A stretch of 64,000 nucleotides of DNA from Spirochaetia bacterium (GCA_963675665.1 OY776510.1:192001-256000), one strand, 5' to 3'; positions 40,584 to 51,128 are shown, numbered from the stretch's first letter. Numbers and translations: made by a program. The notes: generated by a model from the letters alone, not told the origin.

Positions 40584-41650
40584 TGAAAGCAGCTATACTT
40601 GGAGCAACCGGATATACGGGGATGATTCTTCTAAGAATCCTTGCAGATCATCCTGAAATCAGTGAAATCATCGCAGTTTCATCATCGCGCGCCGGAAACA
40701 GCATTAAGGAAACGGATCCCGGTGTTTATACGGCTGTCGAATCCAAAATGCAATCAACCGGCGCAAAACTGGTCGGCATTGATGAGGCAGCCGCAGCCAA
40801 ACCGGATGTAACATTCGCAGCACTCCCCCACCTTGAATCGGCAAGAATATGCAAACCCTTTTTTAATAATTCAGTAGTAATAGATCTGTCGGCTGATTTC
40901 CGGATCAAGGATCCTGTAATCTTTGAGAAGGCCTACGGCCAGCCTCCGGAGCGGCAGGATCTGCTTGATAAGGCAGTTTACGGTCTGTGTGAAGTGTACC
41001 GGGATGAAATCAAAGCTGCCGATCTGATTTCCAACCCGGGCTGTTACCCGACAGCAACGCTTCTGCCTCTGGTTCCGGTAATTAAAACCTTCGGAATCGA
41101 CGGGAAAATAATAACGAATTCAATGTCGGGAGTCTCCGGCGCAGGCAAAAAAGCCGTCTTCAACAACCTTTTTGTAGAGCGGACTGAAAACTGCGGCGCA
41201 TACGCTCCCGGTAAAAGCCATCGTCACCAGCCTGAAATAAAGAAGGAACTTGATGCCGCGCTTTCAGCTGTCGGAAAAGCAGCTGACGCTGATTTGTTTT
41301 TTACACCGCACCTGGTACCTCTGAAACGCGGTATGGAAATAACAACAATCATCGACATTCCCGAAAATTCAGCAGCACAGCTTTCAAACGAAAGCATAAA
41401 TGCTCTTTACTCAGAATACTACGGAAATTCTCCTTTTATCTCCTGGGACGCATCAAGGCTGCCCCAGACCAGAGACGTCTGGGGGTCCAATTCCTGCCGA
41501 ATCGGCTGGAAAATCGAAGGCCGAAGCCTGATGCTGTTTTCCGTAATAGACAACCTCGTCAAGGGAGCCTCGGGCCAGGCCGTTCAAAACATGAACATCC
41601 GGTTCGGGTTTAACGAAACAGCCGGCTTGCGGGTTTACGGAGAACTGTAA
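40583..41650 (+). CDS. argC: N-acetyl-gamma-glutamyl-phosphate reductase
   Basis: GATGYTG, DLSADFR, NPGCYPT, SGVSGAG, HRHQPEI, IDNLVKGASGQA. Confidence 0.97.
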   Translation: MKAAILGATGYTGMILLRILADHPEISEIIAVSSSRAGNSIKETDPGVYTAVESKMQSTGAKLVGIDEAAAAKPDVTFAALPHLESARICKPFFNNSVVIDLSADFRIKDPVIFEKAYGQPPERQDLLDKAVYGLCEVYRDEIKAADLISNPGCYPTATLLPLVPVIKTFGIDGKIITNSMSGVSGAGKKAVFNNLFVERTENCGAYAPGKSHRHQPEIKKELDAALSAVGKAADADLFFTPHLVPLKRGMEITTIIDIPENSAAQLSNESINALYSEYYGNSPFISWDASRLPQTRDVWGSNSCRIGWKIEGRSLMLFSVIDNLVKGASGQAVQNMNIRFGFNETAGLRVYGEL

Positions 41651-41651
41651 G

Positions 41652-42419
41652 ATGAAAAAAGTCCTGATAAAGATCGGCGGACGTGCCGCATCGGATGAAG
41701 CGGCGCTTTCGGCGCTCGCGGAAGAGATGGCGGAACTTCAGAACGAATACAGTTTCTTTTTTGTTCACGGAGGCGGCGCCGAAGTAACAAGGATATCAGC
41801 TGTTTTCGGCCTGGAAGCTGTTTTTGAAAACGGGGTACGCAAGACAAGTCCCGAAGAAATGGACGTTGTCGATATGGTTCTCGGCGGAAAGATGAACAAA
41901 TACATAGTTCGGCTTTTTGCTTTATCCGGCCTGAAAAGCGTTGGAATAAGCGGTGCCGACGGAAGTGTTTTTACAGGCGAAGCGGTTGCGGAAAACAGCA
42001 GAACCGGCCGGGTAACAGCGGCAGACCCGTCTTTGCTGTTAACGCTTGCAGACAGCGGATATCTTCCGGTCATTTCATCGGTTTCAATGGACGACAACGG
42101 AACGGCGCTCAATATTAACGCGGACGAAGCAGCCCTTGCAGTTGCAGAATCAATTCCGGCGGACAGTCTGGTATTTATTTCAGACATACCCGGAATTCTA
42201 AAAGATAACGATATAATACATGAACTTACGCCTGCCGGAATCGGGCGGAATATTGATGCCGGGGTCATCACGGGCGGCATGATTCCCAAAGTGGAATCAT
42301 CCGTCGAAGCATTAAGAAAAGGCGTCGATACGGTAATAATCGGCGGATATAATAAAAAAGGCGACCTGGCAAAACTTCTTGTCGGAAGCCTTGGAACAAG
42401 GATACATAATGGAACATAA
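41652..42419 (+). CDS. argB: Acetylglutamate kinase
   Basis: IKIGG, VHGGG, NGVRKT, NINADEAA, GGMIPKV. Confidence 0.96.
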   Translation: MKKVLIKIGGRAASDEAALSALAEEMAELQNEYSFFFVHGGGAEVTRISAVFGLEAVFENGVRKTSPEEMDVVDMVLGGKMNKYIVRLFALSGLKSVGISGADGSVFTGEAVAENSRTGRVTAADPSLLLTLADSGYLPVISSVSMDDNGTALNINADEAALAVAESIPADSLVFISDIPGILKDNDIIHELTPAGIGRNIDAGVITGGMIPKVESSVEALRKGVDTVIIGGYNKKGDLAKLLVGSLGTRIHNGT

Positions 42420-43638
42420 AAAGGAATACGAAATAACGACGGAAACATATGACGTTCCGTTTCCAAATAACTACGGGGTACCGTTTCACATATTTGAATA
42501 CGGCGAACGCTGCTACGTCTTTGACAAGGCGGGGAAAAAATACCTCGACTTCGGCAGCGGAATCGCTGTAAACGCGCTTGGTCACGGCAGGGAAGATCTT
42601 GCCGCAACAGCGTTTAACCAGATGAAGAAACTGATACATGTTTCGAACCTCTATACTACCGAGGCCAGCCTCGAGCTCGGATTTAAACTTACTTCGAGCG
42701 GTAATTTCGATGCTGTTCATTTCGGCAACAGCGGCTCAGAAGCCAATGAAGCGGCCATTAAATACGCGCGGCTCTACTCAAAACGTATAAAAGGCGACGG
42801 TAAATACAAAATACTTGCATTCAGCAATGCTTTTCACGGCAGAACACTCGGAGCATTGAGCTGTACACCCACGGCGAAATACCAGGATCCCTTTGCCCCG
42901 CTGCTTCCGGGAGTTGAATTCTGCAGCTTTAATGACGAATCAGAACTTGAAGTAAAACTCACTGAAGATTTTGCCGCGGTCATTGTTGAACCGGTTCAGG
43001 GTGAGGGAGGACTTGATGTCATGTCCGAAGGCTTTGCAGACAGGCTTAACAGGCTCTGCAGAAAACTTGATGTGATTCTGATAGCGGACGAAGTCCAGAC
43101 CGGTATTGCAAGAACGGGCTTTCCCTACGCGTCATCCGTGGTAGGTCTTGAACCGGACATTATAACCCTTGCGAAACCGCTTGCCGGCGGTCTGCCTCTT
43201 TCCGCAACACTGATTCCGGAAAAAATCAACAAGCTGATTCACATTGGTGAGCACGGAACAACATTCGGGGGCGGCCCCGTTACCTGCGCGGTAGCCAACA
43301 AGGTTCTCGACATCATCTTCACCCCTGACTTTCTTGCCGGCGTACAGGCCGGGGGAGAATACCTGAAAAAGGGGCTTGAAAAACTGTCGGAAAAACATCA
43401 GTGCGCAGGCGCCGTAAAGGGCCTGGGAATGCTGCGCGGACTTGAAATAGGAAAAGCCGACGACGAAGGGATAAAACTGTGCGGCGACATTATTTCAAAG
43501 GCGAAAGAGAATGGACTTTTGTTGCTGCGTTCAGGTAAAAACATACTCAGAATTGCGCCGCCTCTTGTTATTTCCGAAAATGAAATGGATAAGGGATTTG
43601 AGATTTTAGATAAAATATTAACGGAAATAAAATTATAA
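42409..43638 (+). CDS. argD: Acetylornithine aminotransferase
   Basis: YLDFGSGIAVNALGH, NSGSEANE, FHGRT, DEVQTG, AKPLAGG, HGTTFGG; arg operon context. Confidence 0.94.
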   Translation: MEHKKEYEITTETYDVPFPNNYGVPFHIFEYGERCYVFDKAGKKYLDFGSGIAVNALGHGREDLAATAFNQMKKLIHVSNLYTTEASLELGFKLTSSGNFDAVHFGNSGSEANEAAIKYARLYSKRIKGDGKYKILAFSNAFHGRTLGALSCTPTAKYQDPFAPLLPGVEFCSFNDESELEVKLTEDFAAVIVEPVQGEGGLDVMSEGFADRLNRLCRKLDVILIADEVQTGIARTGFPYASSVVGLEPDIITLAKPLAGGLPLSATLIPEKINKLIHIGEHGTTFGGGPVTCAVANKVLDIIFTPDFLAGVQAGGEYLKKGLEKLSEKHQCAGAVKGLGMLRGLEIGKADDEGIKLCGDIISKAKENGLLLLRSGKNILRIAPPLVISENEMDKGFEILDKILTEIKL

Positions 43639-43702
43639 GATAAACTGCCCGCAAACCTTCGGCGCTGCTTCGCAGCCCGTGGCGGGCGTACAGGAGAAAA
43701 AA

Positions 43703-44977
43703 ATGGCTGATAAAAAAATTAAAAAAATTGTTCTTGCCTATTCAGGCGGACTCGATACTTCGATCATTATCCCGTGGCTGAAAGAAAACTATAACGATGC
43801 CGAAATCATCGGCTGCTGTACAAATGTGGGCCAGGATGAAGACTGGGACGGAATGGAAGCGAAAGCCCTTAAATCAGGGGCCAGCAAACTCTATATCAAA
43901 GATATAAAGGATGAATTTGCTCACGACTTTCTCTTCAAAATCATTCGTGCCGGCGCAGTATATGAAGGGAAATATCTTCTCGGAACATCAATTGCCCGGC
44001 CCCTTCAGGCCAAACATATTGCCGAGGTAGCGCTCGCTGAAGGCGCCGACGCAATCTGCCACGGCTGTACCGGAAAGGGCAACGATCAGGTAAGGTTCGA
44101 ACTAACATTCAAGGCCCTTGCCCCGCACCTTAAGGTAATAGCGCCATGGAGAATATGGGACATCAGGAGCAGGGAGCAGGCCATAGATTACGCCAAAGCG
44201 CATAATGTTCCGATCGGAAATATCAGCAAAAAAAATATTTATTCACGCGACTGGAACATCTGGCATATGAGCCATGAAGGCGGAGATCTTGAAGATCCGT
44301 GGAACAGACCCAAGGAAGAAATGTTTCAGCTTACAAAATCTCCCAACGCTGCACCTGATGCTGAAACCGAGATTGTAATAGATTTTGAAAAATCTTTTCC
44401 GGTTGCTCTCAACGGCAAAAAAATGAAGGGGATGGAAATCCTTGCCGAACTGAACAAACTGGGCGCTGAAAACGGGATTGGCCGTGCCGATCTTGTCGAA
44501 ACAAGGGTTGTCGGAATGAAAAGCCGCGGTGTTTATGAAACTCCGGCAGGCGAGATACTTTACAAGGCTGTACGCGAACTTGAAATGCTTACGATGGATT
44601 ATGATACGCTCAGCATGAAGGACAGCCTGAGCCTGAAATATGCCGATCTTGTATACTGCGGAAAATGGTATACGCCGGTCAGAGAAGCACTGGATTCATA
44701 TATGGAAAAAGCAGCCGAGTATACAACCGGTTCGGTCCGGCTTGTTCTGTATAAGGGCAATGTAATTATTTCCGGGCGTAAGTCACCCTACTCAATCTAT
44801 ATAGAAGACCTTGCCTCATTCGGAGAAAGCGCCTACGATCATCATGATGCAACAGGATTTATTAACCTTTACGGACTTTCAACCGGGGTGACCGCAATGG
44901 TGCATAAAGGCATTAATGCCCACGGCGGCCAGGCAGACGAAATCAAAGCGACTGCGGCGACCTACCATGACAAGTGA
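43703..44977 (+). CDS. argG: Argininosuccinate synthase
   Basis: LAYSGGLDTS, LGTSIARP, HGCTGKGNDQVRFE, GMKSRGVYETP; SD AGGAG. Confidence 0.98.
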   Translation: MADKKIKKIVLAYSGGLDTSIIIPWLKENYNDAEIIGCCTNVGQDEDWDGMEAKALKSGASKLYIKDIKDEFAHDFLFKIIRAGAVYEGKYLLGTSIARPLQAKHIAEVALAEGADAICHGCTGKGNDQVRFELTFKALAPHLKVIAPWRIWDIRSREQAIDYAKAHNVPIGNISKKNIYSRDWNIWHMSHEGGDLEDPWNRPKEEMFQLTKSPNAAPDAETEIVIDFEKSFPVALNGKKMKGMEILAELNKLGAENGIGRADLVETRVVGMKSRGVYETPAGEILYKAVRELEMLTMDYDTLSMKDSLSLKYADLVYCGKWYTPVREALDSYMEKAAEYTTGSVRLVLYKGNVIISGRKSPYSIYIEDLASFGESAYDHHDATGFINLYGLSTGVTAMVHKGINAHGGQADEIKATAATYHDK

Positions 44978-45437
44978 TTTTGAAATCAGGCGCGCAAACT
45001 CGGAAGATGTGGACAGCATTTATAATCTGACTTCATCAATGGCCGCCCAGGGGCTTATGCTTCCGAGAAGCAAATACAAGATTGTAACTTCACTGACATC
45101 TTTCTTTGTTGTTGTGGAAAAAATGAGCGGCAAGGTTATAGCAACAGGCTCGCTTGCCCCGCTCTGGACCGATCTCTGTGAAGTGTGCGCCCTGGCAGTA
45201 CATCCGGTATGGCAGGGCAAAGGAATAGGCGCCGCGCTTGTAAAACATCTTATAGAAGAAGCCCGAAGGCTTAAAATACCCCAGGTCATAACCCTGACCT
45301 ATCAGGTTAAATTCTTCGGTAAACTGGGTTTTACAGTTGTAGACAAGAATGAGTTTCCGAGAAAGCTCTGGCGTGAATGCCTTGAATGTCCCAAACTTGA
45401 AGCCTGCGATGAAACAGCAATGGTAATCGCGACTTAA
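44967..45437 (+). CDS. argA: Short GNAT N-acetylglutamate synthase
   Basis: GLMLPRS, EVCALAV..QGKGIG, LTY...FF.KLGF, KLWRECLECPK...CDE; overlaps the argG stop. Confidence 0.8.
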   Translation: MTSDFEIRRANSEDVDSIYNLTSSMAAQGLMLPRSKYKIVTSLTSFFVVVEKMSGKVIATGSLAPLWTDLCEVCALAVHPVWQGKGIGAALVKHLIEEARRLKIPQVITLTYQVKFFGKLGFTVVDKNEFPRKLWRECLECPKLEACDETAMVIAT

Positions 45438-45475
45438 AAGTCGGCTTAACAGCCGGGAAAATCAGGCGGAGGAAA

Positions 45476-47140
45476 TCACCCTTTCGAAATAATTTCCTCC
45501 GCTTTTTTTAAAGCCCCTTCAATATCTGATTTTACATAATCCGCTTCCAGTACTCCGAGGTTAATAATCTTGGTTTTGACCGTTTCGGAGGCTCCCGACA
45601 CCAGCAGCCTTATTCCCTTCCTTTCCAGTTCCCTGTTTATCTCATGCAGTCTGTTCAGCCCGGTTGAATCGAGAATTGGAACGTACCGCATTCGGAGAAT
45701 AACGATACGGTGAGGACTGCTGAGGTGCTTCTCGATATTCAGGAGTTCCGCTACCGATCCGAAAAAGAGCGGTCCGTCCACTTCAAAAATAAGAATGCTG
45801 TCAGAAACAACGCCCAGTTCCTCGCTGAATATGGTTCCGTCACCGCGGCGGGTTGAAACAAGGGGCGTTATATTAACAGAATCCGACATCCTTTTCATAA
45901 AAAGCAGTATGGACAGTGAGAATCCTACAAGAATGGCAGTCGTAATATCCGCAAAAAGTGTAAGAAAAAAGGTTGCAAGAAGAACCAGGACCTCATATAT
46001 ATTAATATTGAAAACACGTCTGAAGGCCTTCAGTTCGCTCATATTCCATGAGACAATTATCAGGATTCCCGAAAGCGCCGGAATGGGAATGTACTTCACC
46101 AGGGGCATTGCCACAAGAAAAATAAACAACAGAACTAATGAATGCACCATACCGGCAACAGGGGTGCGCGCTCCGTTTTTCACATTTGCAGCCGTACGGG
46201 CTATGGCGCCCGTTGCCGGAAGTCCGCCGAAAAGCGGCGAGGCAATATTTGCCAGGCCCTGGGCAATAAGCTCTATATTCGGCCTGTGTCTGCTTCCTAT
46301 CATGCCGTCGGCAACAACCGCAGACAGAAGCGATTCAAGTGCGCCGAGAAGGGCAATGGACAGGGCGGGTTTAAAAAGAAAGATAACCCGTTCAAAACCA
46401 AGCTCCGGCAGAACTGCCGGCGGAAAAGAACCCGACAAACTGCCGAACCTGGAGGATATTGTATCAACAGGCAGTTTAAGAAAAAATACCAAAAGTGTTG
46501 TTATCAGTATTGCCGCCAAAGGTCCCGGAATTTTTCTGTTAATTCTCTGCAGAACCAGAATAACAGCAACCGACAACAGCCCGGTTAAGACTGCCCAGGG
46601 ATTGACAGTATCAAAACTGCCCAGATAACTCAGCCATTTCCCGGCAAAATCGGCCGGTACATCGTTAATGGAAAGCCCCAGGAAATCCTTGACCTGGGTA
46701 GTAAAAATTATAATTGCTATTCCGGTAGTAAATCCGACAATAAGTGTTCTTGGAATGTACTTCAAAAGAGCTCCCAGTCTCAGCAGTCCCATAATTATCA
46801 GCATGACTCCGGCCATAAAAGTCGCCGTAAGAAGCCCGTCTGTTCCATATTTTTCAAGAATCCCGAATATAATTACTATAAACGCGCCGGTCGGTCCGCC
46901 TATCTGGACCCTGCTTCCGCCCAGGGCTGAAATAATAAATCCTGCTATTACCGCGGTTATTATTCCCTTCTCAGGAGAAACCCCGGACGCAATTGCAAAA
47001 GCTATGGCAAGAGGAAGCGCAATTATTCCCACGACAACTCCGGAGACAATATCCTTTGAAAGCTGCTGAGGGCTTATTCCTTTTTTAATCCGGGTAAAAA
47101 GAACCGGCGTATATTCGGAGAAATCAATTTTCTGTTGCAT
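45476..47140 (-). CDS. SulP family anion transporter with STAS domain
   Basis: ALPLAIAFAIASG, QIGGPTGAF, ESLLSA, PATGAIART, DGPLFFG. Confidence 0.95.
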   Translation of the reverse strand: MQQKIDFSEYTPVLFTRIKKGISPQQLSKDIVSGVVVGIIALPLAIAFAIASGVSPEKGIITAVIAGFIISALGGSRVQIGGPTGAFIVIIFGILEKYGTDGLLTATFMAGVMLIIMGLLRLGALLKYIPRTLIVGFTTGIAIIIFTTQVKDFLGLSINDVPADFAGKWLSYLGSFDTVNPWAVLTGLLSVAVILVLQRINRKIPGPLAAILITTLLVFFLKLPVDTISSRFGSLSGSFPPAVLPELGFERVIFLFKPALSIALLGALESLLSAVVADGMIGSRHRPNIELIAQGLANIASPLFGGLPATGAIARTAANVKNGARTPVAGMVHSLVLLFIFLVAMPLVKYIPIPALSGILIIVSWNMSELKAFRRVFNINIYEVLVLLATFFLTLFADITTAILVGFSLSILLFMKRMSDSVNITPLVSTRRGDGTIFSEELGVVSDSILIFEVDGPLFFGSVAELLNIEKHLSSPHRIVILRMRYVPILDSTGLNRLHEINRELERKGIRLLVSGASETVKTKIINLGVLEADYVKSDIEGALKKAEEIISKG

Positions 47141-47318
47141 AAATACATCTATGCGGCTAAAAACCGATAAATGTCAAGATACTGCTTTAAATATAAGCGA
47201 TTTGAAAAACCATCCGGGCCGGGTTTCCCTGATCTCCGGGACTTTTCCCTTAAAAATCTTTTAAAATTATTAGAATCATCTACTTGATCTTTATTTTTAA
47301 TCCCGACATTCTGATTCT

Positions 47319-48704
47319 ATGAGCGATGATATAAAAGTAAATGAAATTCCGGGTATGTTCGACGGCCCCATACGTCCGCTTCTTCTCAAACTGGCGGTTC
47401 CGATGTTCGCTGGCATGATTGTGCAGGTGGTTTACAACGTAACCGATACGTTCTGGGTAGCCAGAATAGACCTTGCCGATCCGTCATATATGGGCGGCAC
47501 GGCTATCGTTTTCCCGCTGTTGTTTTTCTTTATGGCCCTTGGCAACGGTCTGACGGTCGGCGTCAGCTCACTGGTAGCCAGGGCAATCGGCGAAAAAAAT
47601 ATAAAGATTCTCAGCACAACAGCAGAATCAGGGATGTTGATCAGTTTCATTCTAACAATTCTTTCACTGGCTATTATTATTCCGTTTGCCCCCGGAATAC
47701 TGGCAGCGCTCGGCGCCGAAGGAGATTATTACGTTCATGGTCTGGAATACCTGAGATACATAATTCTGGCCGGCCCGGTAATTTTCTTCTCAATGATCTT
47801 CATGGGAATCCTTCAGGGCGAAGGCCTGATGAAGTACGTAATGAATTCCATGATAATCGGCACTGTCCTGAATATTGTTCTTGATCCCGTATTCATTTTC
47901 CTTTTGAATCTTGACGTACGGGGCGCGGCGATTGCTACAGTGATAGCCCAGGCGGTGGCAATGGTTTACGTGGTAAATGTTTTTATAAGAAATAAATCGT
48001 CGATTAAGATAAACTGGGATATATCAAACATAAAAGCCGGAACAATCAGGGACATCGCGGCAATCGGGCTGCCCCAGTCATTTGCAATGATAATAATGTC
48101 CATGAGCTTCTTCGTTTTCAACAAGATAGTTATTGAAATTGACGAGCTTGCGCTTACGGCTTTTGCCCTGTGCGGCCGCTTTGAGCAGCTGATGCTTATG
48201 CCCGCATTCGCTATAGGCGCCGCCATAGTCACTATTGTAGGACAGAACTCGGGCCGCGGCAATTTCGACCGTGTGCGCAGCGCCATGAAAGAAGCATGGC
48301 TGCTTGGTCTTGTTTCGGTAGGAATTCTGACCGGCCTCATGGTGGCCTTTGCCCCCTGGATTTTCAGCCCGTTTACAGATGTTGAAAAAGTTAAATGGTA
48401 TGCCGTTATGCAGTACAGAGTCCTTGGAGTATCATATCTGACGGCCCTGATTGGAATCACCGGACGTTCTTTCTTTCAGGCCATAGGCTATCCGCTGCCG
48501 GCGTTGTTTCTTACCCTGTTGCGACTCATTCTTGTAGCAATTCCGGTAATGCTGATTCTGATTCATGTTTTCAACCTCGGCATATGGGGAGTATGGTTCG
48601 GACTTGCCTCAGGCAGTATAGTATCAATGATCGTATCTATAATCTTTGTGAGGAGCTCCATTAACCGGCTTGAAAGCGGCAAGATGAAAATGCATAAGGT
48701 TTAG
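47319..48704 (+). CDS. MATE family efflux transporter
   Basis: LAVP...YNVTDT, LNIVLDPVFIF...GAAIAT, GQNSG, about 12 TM. Confidence 0.94.
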   Translation: MSDDIKVNEIPGMFDGPIRPLLLKLAVPMFAGMIVQVVYNVTDTFWVARIDLADPSYMGGTAIVFPLLFFFMALGNGLTVGVSSLVARAIGEKNIKILSTTAESGMLISFILTILSLAIIIPFAPGILAALGAEGDYYVHGLEYLRYIILAGPVIFFSMIFMGILQGEGLMKYVMNSMIIGTVLNIVLDPVFIFLLNLDVRGAAIATVIAQAVAMVYVVNVFIRNKSSIKINWDISNIKAGTIRDIAAIGLPQSFAMIIMSMSFFVFNKIVIEIDELALTAFALCGRFEQLMLMPAFAIGAAIVTIVGQNSGRGNFDRVRSAMKEAWLLGLVSVGILTGLMVAFAPWIFSPFTDVEKVKWYAVMQYRVLGVSYLTALIGITGRSFFQAIGYPLPALFLTLLRLILVAIPVMLILIHVFNLGIWGVWFGLASGSIVSMIVSIIFVRSSINRLESGKMKMHKV

Positions 48705-49303
48705 CTGAACATTCCGTATAGTTCATCAAGACTGACAACCTTGCTCCTGCCGAAGGAAAGAAGCTCCAATCCGAGCGCTTTTCTTTCAGGAGTAAAGGAT
48801 GCTGTTGTTTCCCGCGGAATAATACAGTTGTAGTTAAGAGAAAACGCATAGCTGCAGGTTTCAAGCACACATACATCCGTTGCGGCTCCTGCAATTACAA
48901 GGTTTTTGATGTTTTGAGCCTTAAGAAGATCATCCAGCTCCGTATCAAAGAAAGCATTCCACCTGTTTTTTACTATCAGAGCTTCTCCTTCACGCGGGGC
49001 AAGCGGAGGAATAATTTCCGCATCGGCGGACCCTTTTATAAAATGGCCGTATTTCCTGACTTCAAAACGTTCAGCCAGCATTTGCCAGTCGCTGAAATCT
49101 TTTTCATACTCAGTCCTGATATTGACGACAAGCATGCCGTTGGCATTAAAAAAGTCCTTAAGCTTTACCATAGGTGTAACAATATCTTCCTGTTTTGAAA
49201 CATCAACGTCCAGCATTTTTACAAGAGATCCGTCAGGAGCCCCGCCCCCGTACTGCATATCAACTACCAGTAATGCGGTTTCTTTTTTATTCAACATCTG
49301 CAA
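48701..49303 (-). CDS. Cysteine hydrolase (isochorismatase/RutB-like)
   Basis: ALLVVDMQ, KNRWNAFF, GAATDVCV. Confidence 0.88.
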   Translation of the reverse strand: MQMLNKKETALLVVDMQYGGGAPDGSLVKMLDVDVSKQEDIVTPMVKLKDFFNANGMLVVNIRTEYEKDFSDWQMLAERFEVRKYGHFIKGSADAEIIPPLAPREGEALIVKNRWNAFFDTELDDLLKAQNIKNLVIAGAATDVCVLETCSYAFSLNYNCIIPRETTASFTPERKALGLELLSFGRSKVVSLDELYGMFS

Positions 49304-49345
49304 CTACTCCTTGTTATATCAGGGAATCTCTAAAAACTGCAGTTT

Positions 49346-50521
49346 TTAGAGATTCCCATAATTTTTTTCTTTCTCGCCCCGGTTCTCAAGCAAAAGAAAA
49401 ACAACCACCATAAAAATAAACACGGGGGCAACAAGATATGCCGTTCTAAGCCCGAAAAGATCACCTATGACGCCCATTATAAGTATGGCAGCGCTTGTTC
49501 CGGGGATACCGAAACAGGACAGAAAAATCATAATCGCAGTTGCATCCGCATCTATCACCGAAGCAGCATAAGACTGAATACTGGGCCAGAGACATGCCAG
49601 CGTCACTCCCACAACAAAAAGATATATGTAAATCGCCGCCGGACTTTTAATCAGAAAAAAAGAAAAACTTACAAAACTGCCCGTTACAGCAGAAGTTATT
49701 AATAACCGCTTCAATCCCCACAGTTTTGCAAGCTTAACCGAAGCTATCCTGCCGACAGCCATTCCCAGCGCAAAAGCCGCTGATCCGAACGCACCGGCCC
49801 GCGGCAGCATATCAAAATGAATCTGGATATAACTGGCGCCCCAGTATGCATATGCAAATTCTCCTGCGCCTGCAAAAAACATCGCCATACCCAGCATCCA
49901 GAAACGTTTTATTTTCAAAATACCGCCCAGATGCGCAGGGTTGGAGTTTGACGGAGGAAGCTTTGCCTTTTTTACTCCCGGATAGAAACAATAAACTGCC
50001 GCCGCTGACACAGCTACTCCGACAAAAAGAACCCGCCAGGAAACACCCCGGGTCAGAAGTTCTCCGAATACTATTACGCTGAAGCAAATACCTGTCGGCC
50101 AGAACGAATGGAGCAGATTCATTTTTGAACCTCTGTCTTCAGTATGCAAATCATTTACGAGCGGTGTTATCACTGCCTCAATCATTGCGTTGCCGAAACC
50201 TGTAATAACGATCAGACTGACCGCCATAACATATGATCGGCTGACTGCAAAGGCTGCAAGCCCTGCAGCGGTAATAAGCAGGGCAGTCCTCAGCATTCTA
50301 ATCTTTCCGAAACGGGCGGCGCCGAAAATACTCAGGATAAGTATTAACAGCTGTTCAACTGAAGTAACAAACCCGAACATGCCTGCCTGGGTAAGATTGA
50401 TTGAAAATTCTTCAGAGATCTTAACCAATGCAACAGGAATTATATTAACCGACGCGGCATATATAATCATTGTAGCATAGGCACAACGGTCAATCCTTTT
50501 CCTCATTGCTTCACTAATCAT
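49346..50521 (-). CDS. MFS transporter
   Basis: About 12 TM, AARFGK motif-A-like, NLLHSFW, GDLFGLR. Confidence 0.9.
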   Translation of the reverse strand: MISEAMRKRIDRCAYATMIIYAASVNIIPVALVKISEEFSINLTQAGMFGFVTSVEQLLILILSIFGAARFGKIRMLRTALLITAAGLAAFAVSRSYVMAVSLIVITGFGNAMIEAVITPLVNDLHTEDRGSKMNLLHSFWPTGICFSVIVFGELLTRGVSWRVLFVGVAVSAAAVYCFYPGVKKAKLPPSNSNPAHLGGILKIKRFWMLGMAMFFAGAGEFAYAYWGASYIQIHFDMLPRAGAFGSAAFALGMAVGRIASVKLAKLWGLKRLLITSAVTGSFVSFSFFLIKSPAAIYIYLFVVGVTLACLWPSIQSYAASVIDADATAIMIFLSCFGIPGTSAAILIMGVIGDLFGLRTAYLVAPVFIFMVVVFLLLENRGEKEKNYGNL

Positions 50522-50589
50522 AACTGAATTATATACAGTTCCCTGAACTTTTGGTAATATATTCAGAGAAAAATAAAAAAGGACGATAA

Positions 50590-50808
50590 ATGGCGGATTT
50601 CAGCTACACAATAATCAAACACATCGGTGTAATTTCCGAATCACCAAAGGGTTGGAAAAGAGAACTTAATCTGATCTCATGGAACGAAAGAGATCCTAAA
50701 TATGACATCCGGGACTGGGCACCGGACCATGAAAAAATGGGAAAGGGTATTACGCTCAGCAGGGAAGAACTTGATAATCTTGCCGCTATCGTAACCGGGC
50801 TTGATTAA
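50590..50808 (+). CDS. YdbC/PC4-like single-stranded nucleic-acid binding protein
   Basis: GWKRELNLISWN....KYDIRDW.PDH.KMGKGITL. Confidence 0.92.
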   Translation: MADFSYTIIKHIGVISESPKGWKRELNLISWNERDPKYDIRDWAPDHEKMGKGITLSREELDNLAAIVTGLD

Positions 50809-50814
50809 GAATTA

Positions 50815-50846
50815 ATGCTGAAGAACACGATGGTCTTCGGCATTTT
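50815..50846 (+). terminator. Terminator after the ydbC-like gene
   Basis: ATGCTGAAGA...TCTTCGGCAT followed by TTT. Confidence 0.5.
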
Positions 50847-50940
50847 GAAGTTTCCGGACTTTGTTTGAAAACTTCAATTCACTAACCCCATCCATGATGG
50901 AAAATTTTAAAGGAGGAATGATAAAAAGTCTTCATGAGCT

Positions 50941-51093
50941 GGTGAATTGATATACTGCCTTAACTTTAATTGAGGCAGTAAGGTTACTGTTCGACATTTT
51001 TACTGGTCCGCGAGACCGTTTAGGAGATTGAAGAGCCGTAACCGAAACATTCAATGGTCTGCGAGACCGGATAGGAGAATGGAACAATTCACC
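50941..51093 (+). ncRNA. Putative bridge RNA of the IS110 element
   Basis: Closing stem GGTGAATTG/CAATTCACC; 5' hairpin 50953-50980; two internal-loop arms capped by near-identical TGGTC(C/T)GCGAGACCG hairpins (51004-51018, 51055-51069), with loop strands matching the target and donor junctions. Confidence 0.75.
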
Positions 51094-51128
51094 GTATAGG
51101 CACTGCTTCAAACTATTGGAGATAGAAC

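Noticed and set aside
50918-50950. Mini-ORF MIKSLHELVN created at the IS left junction
   Set aside because: SD-ATG spacing is too short and there is no other support for translation
51004-51078. Two 24-nt direct repeats separated by 27 nt, resembling a mini CRISPR array
   Set aside because: Only two imperfect copies and no cas genes; better explained as the two arms of the IS110 bridge RNA
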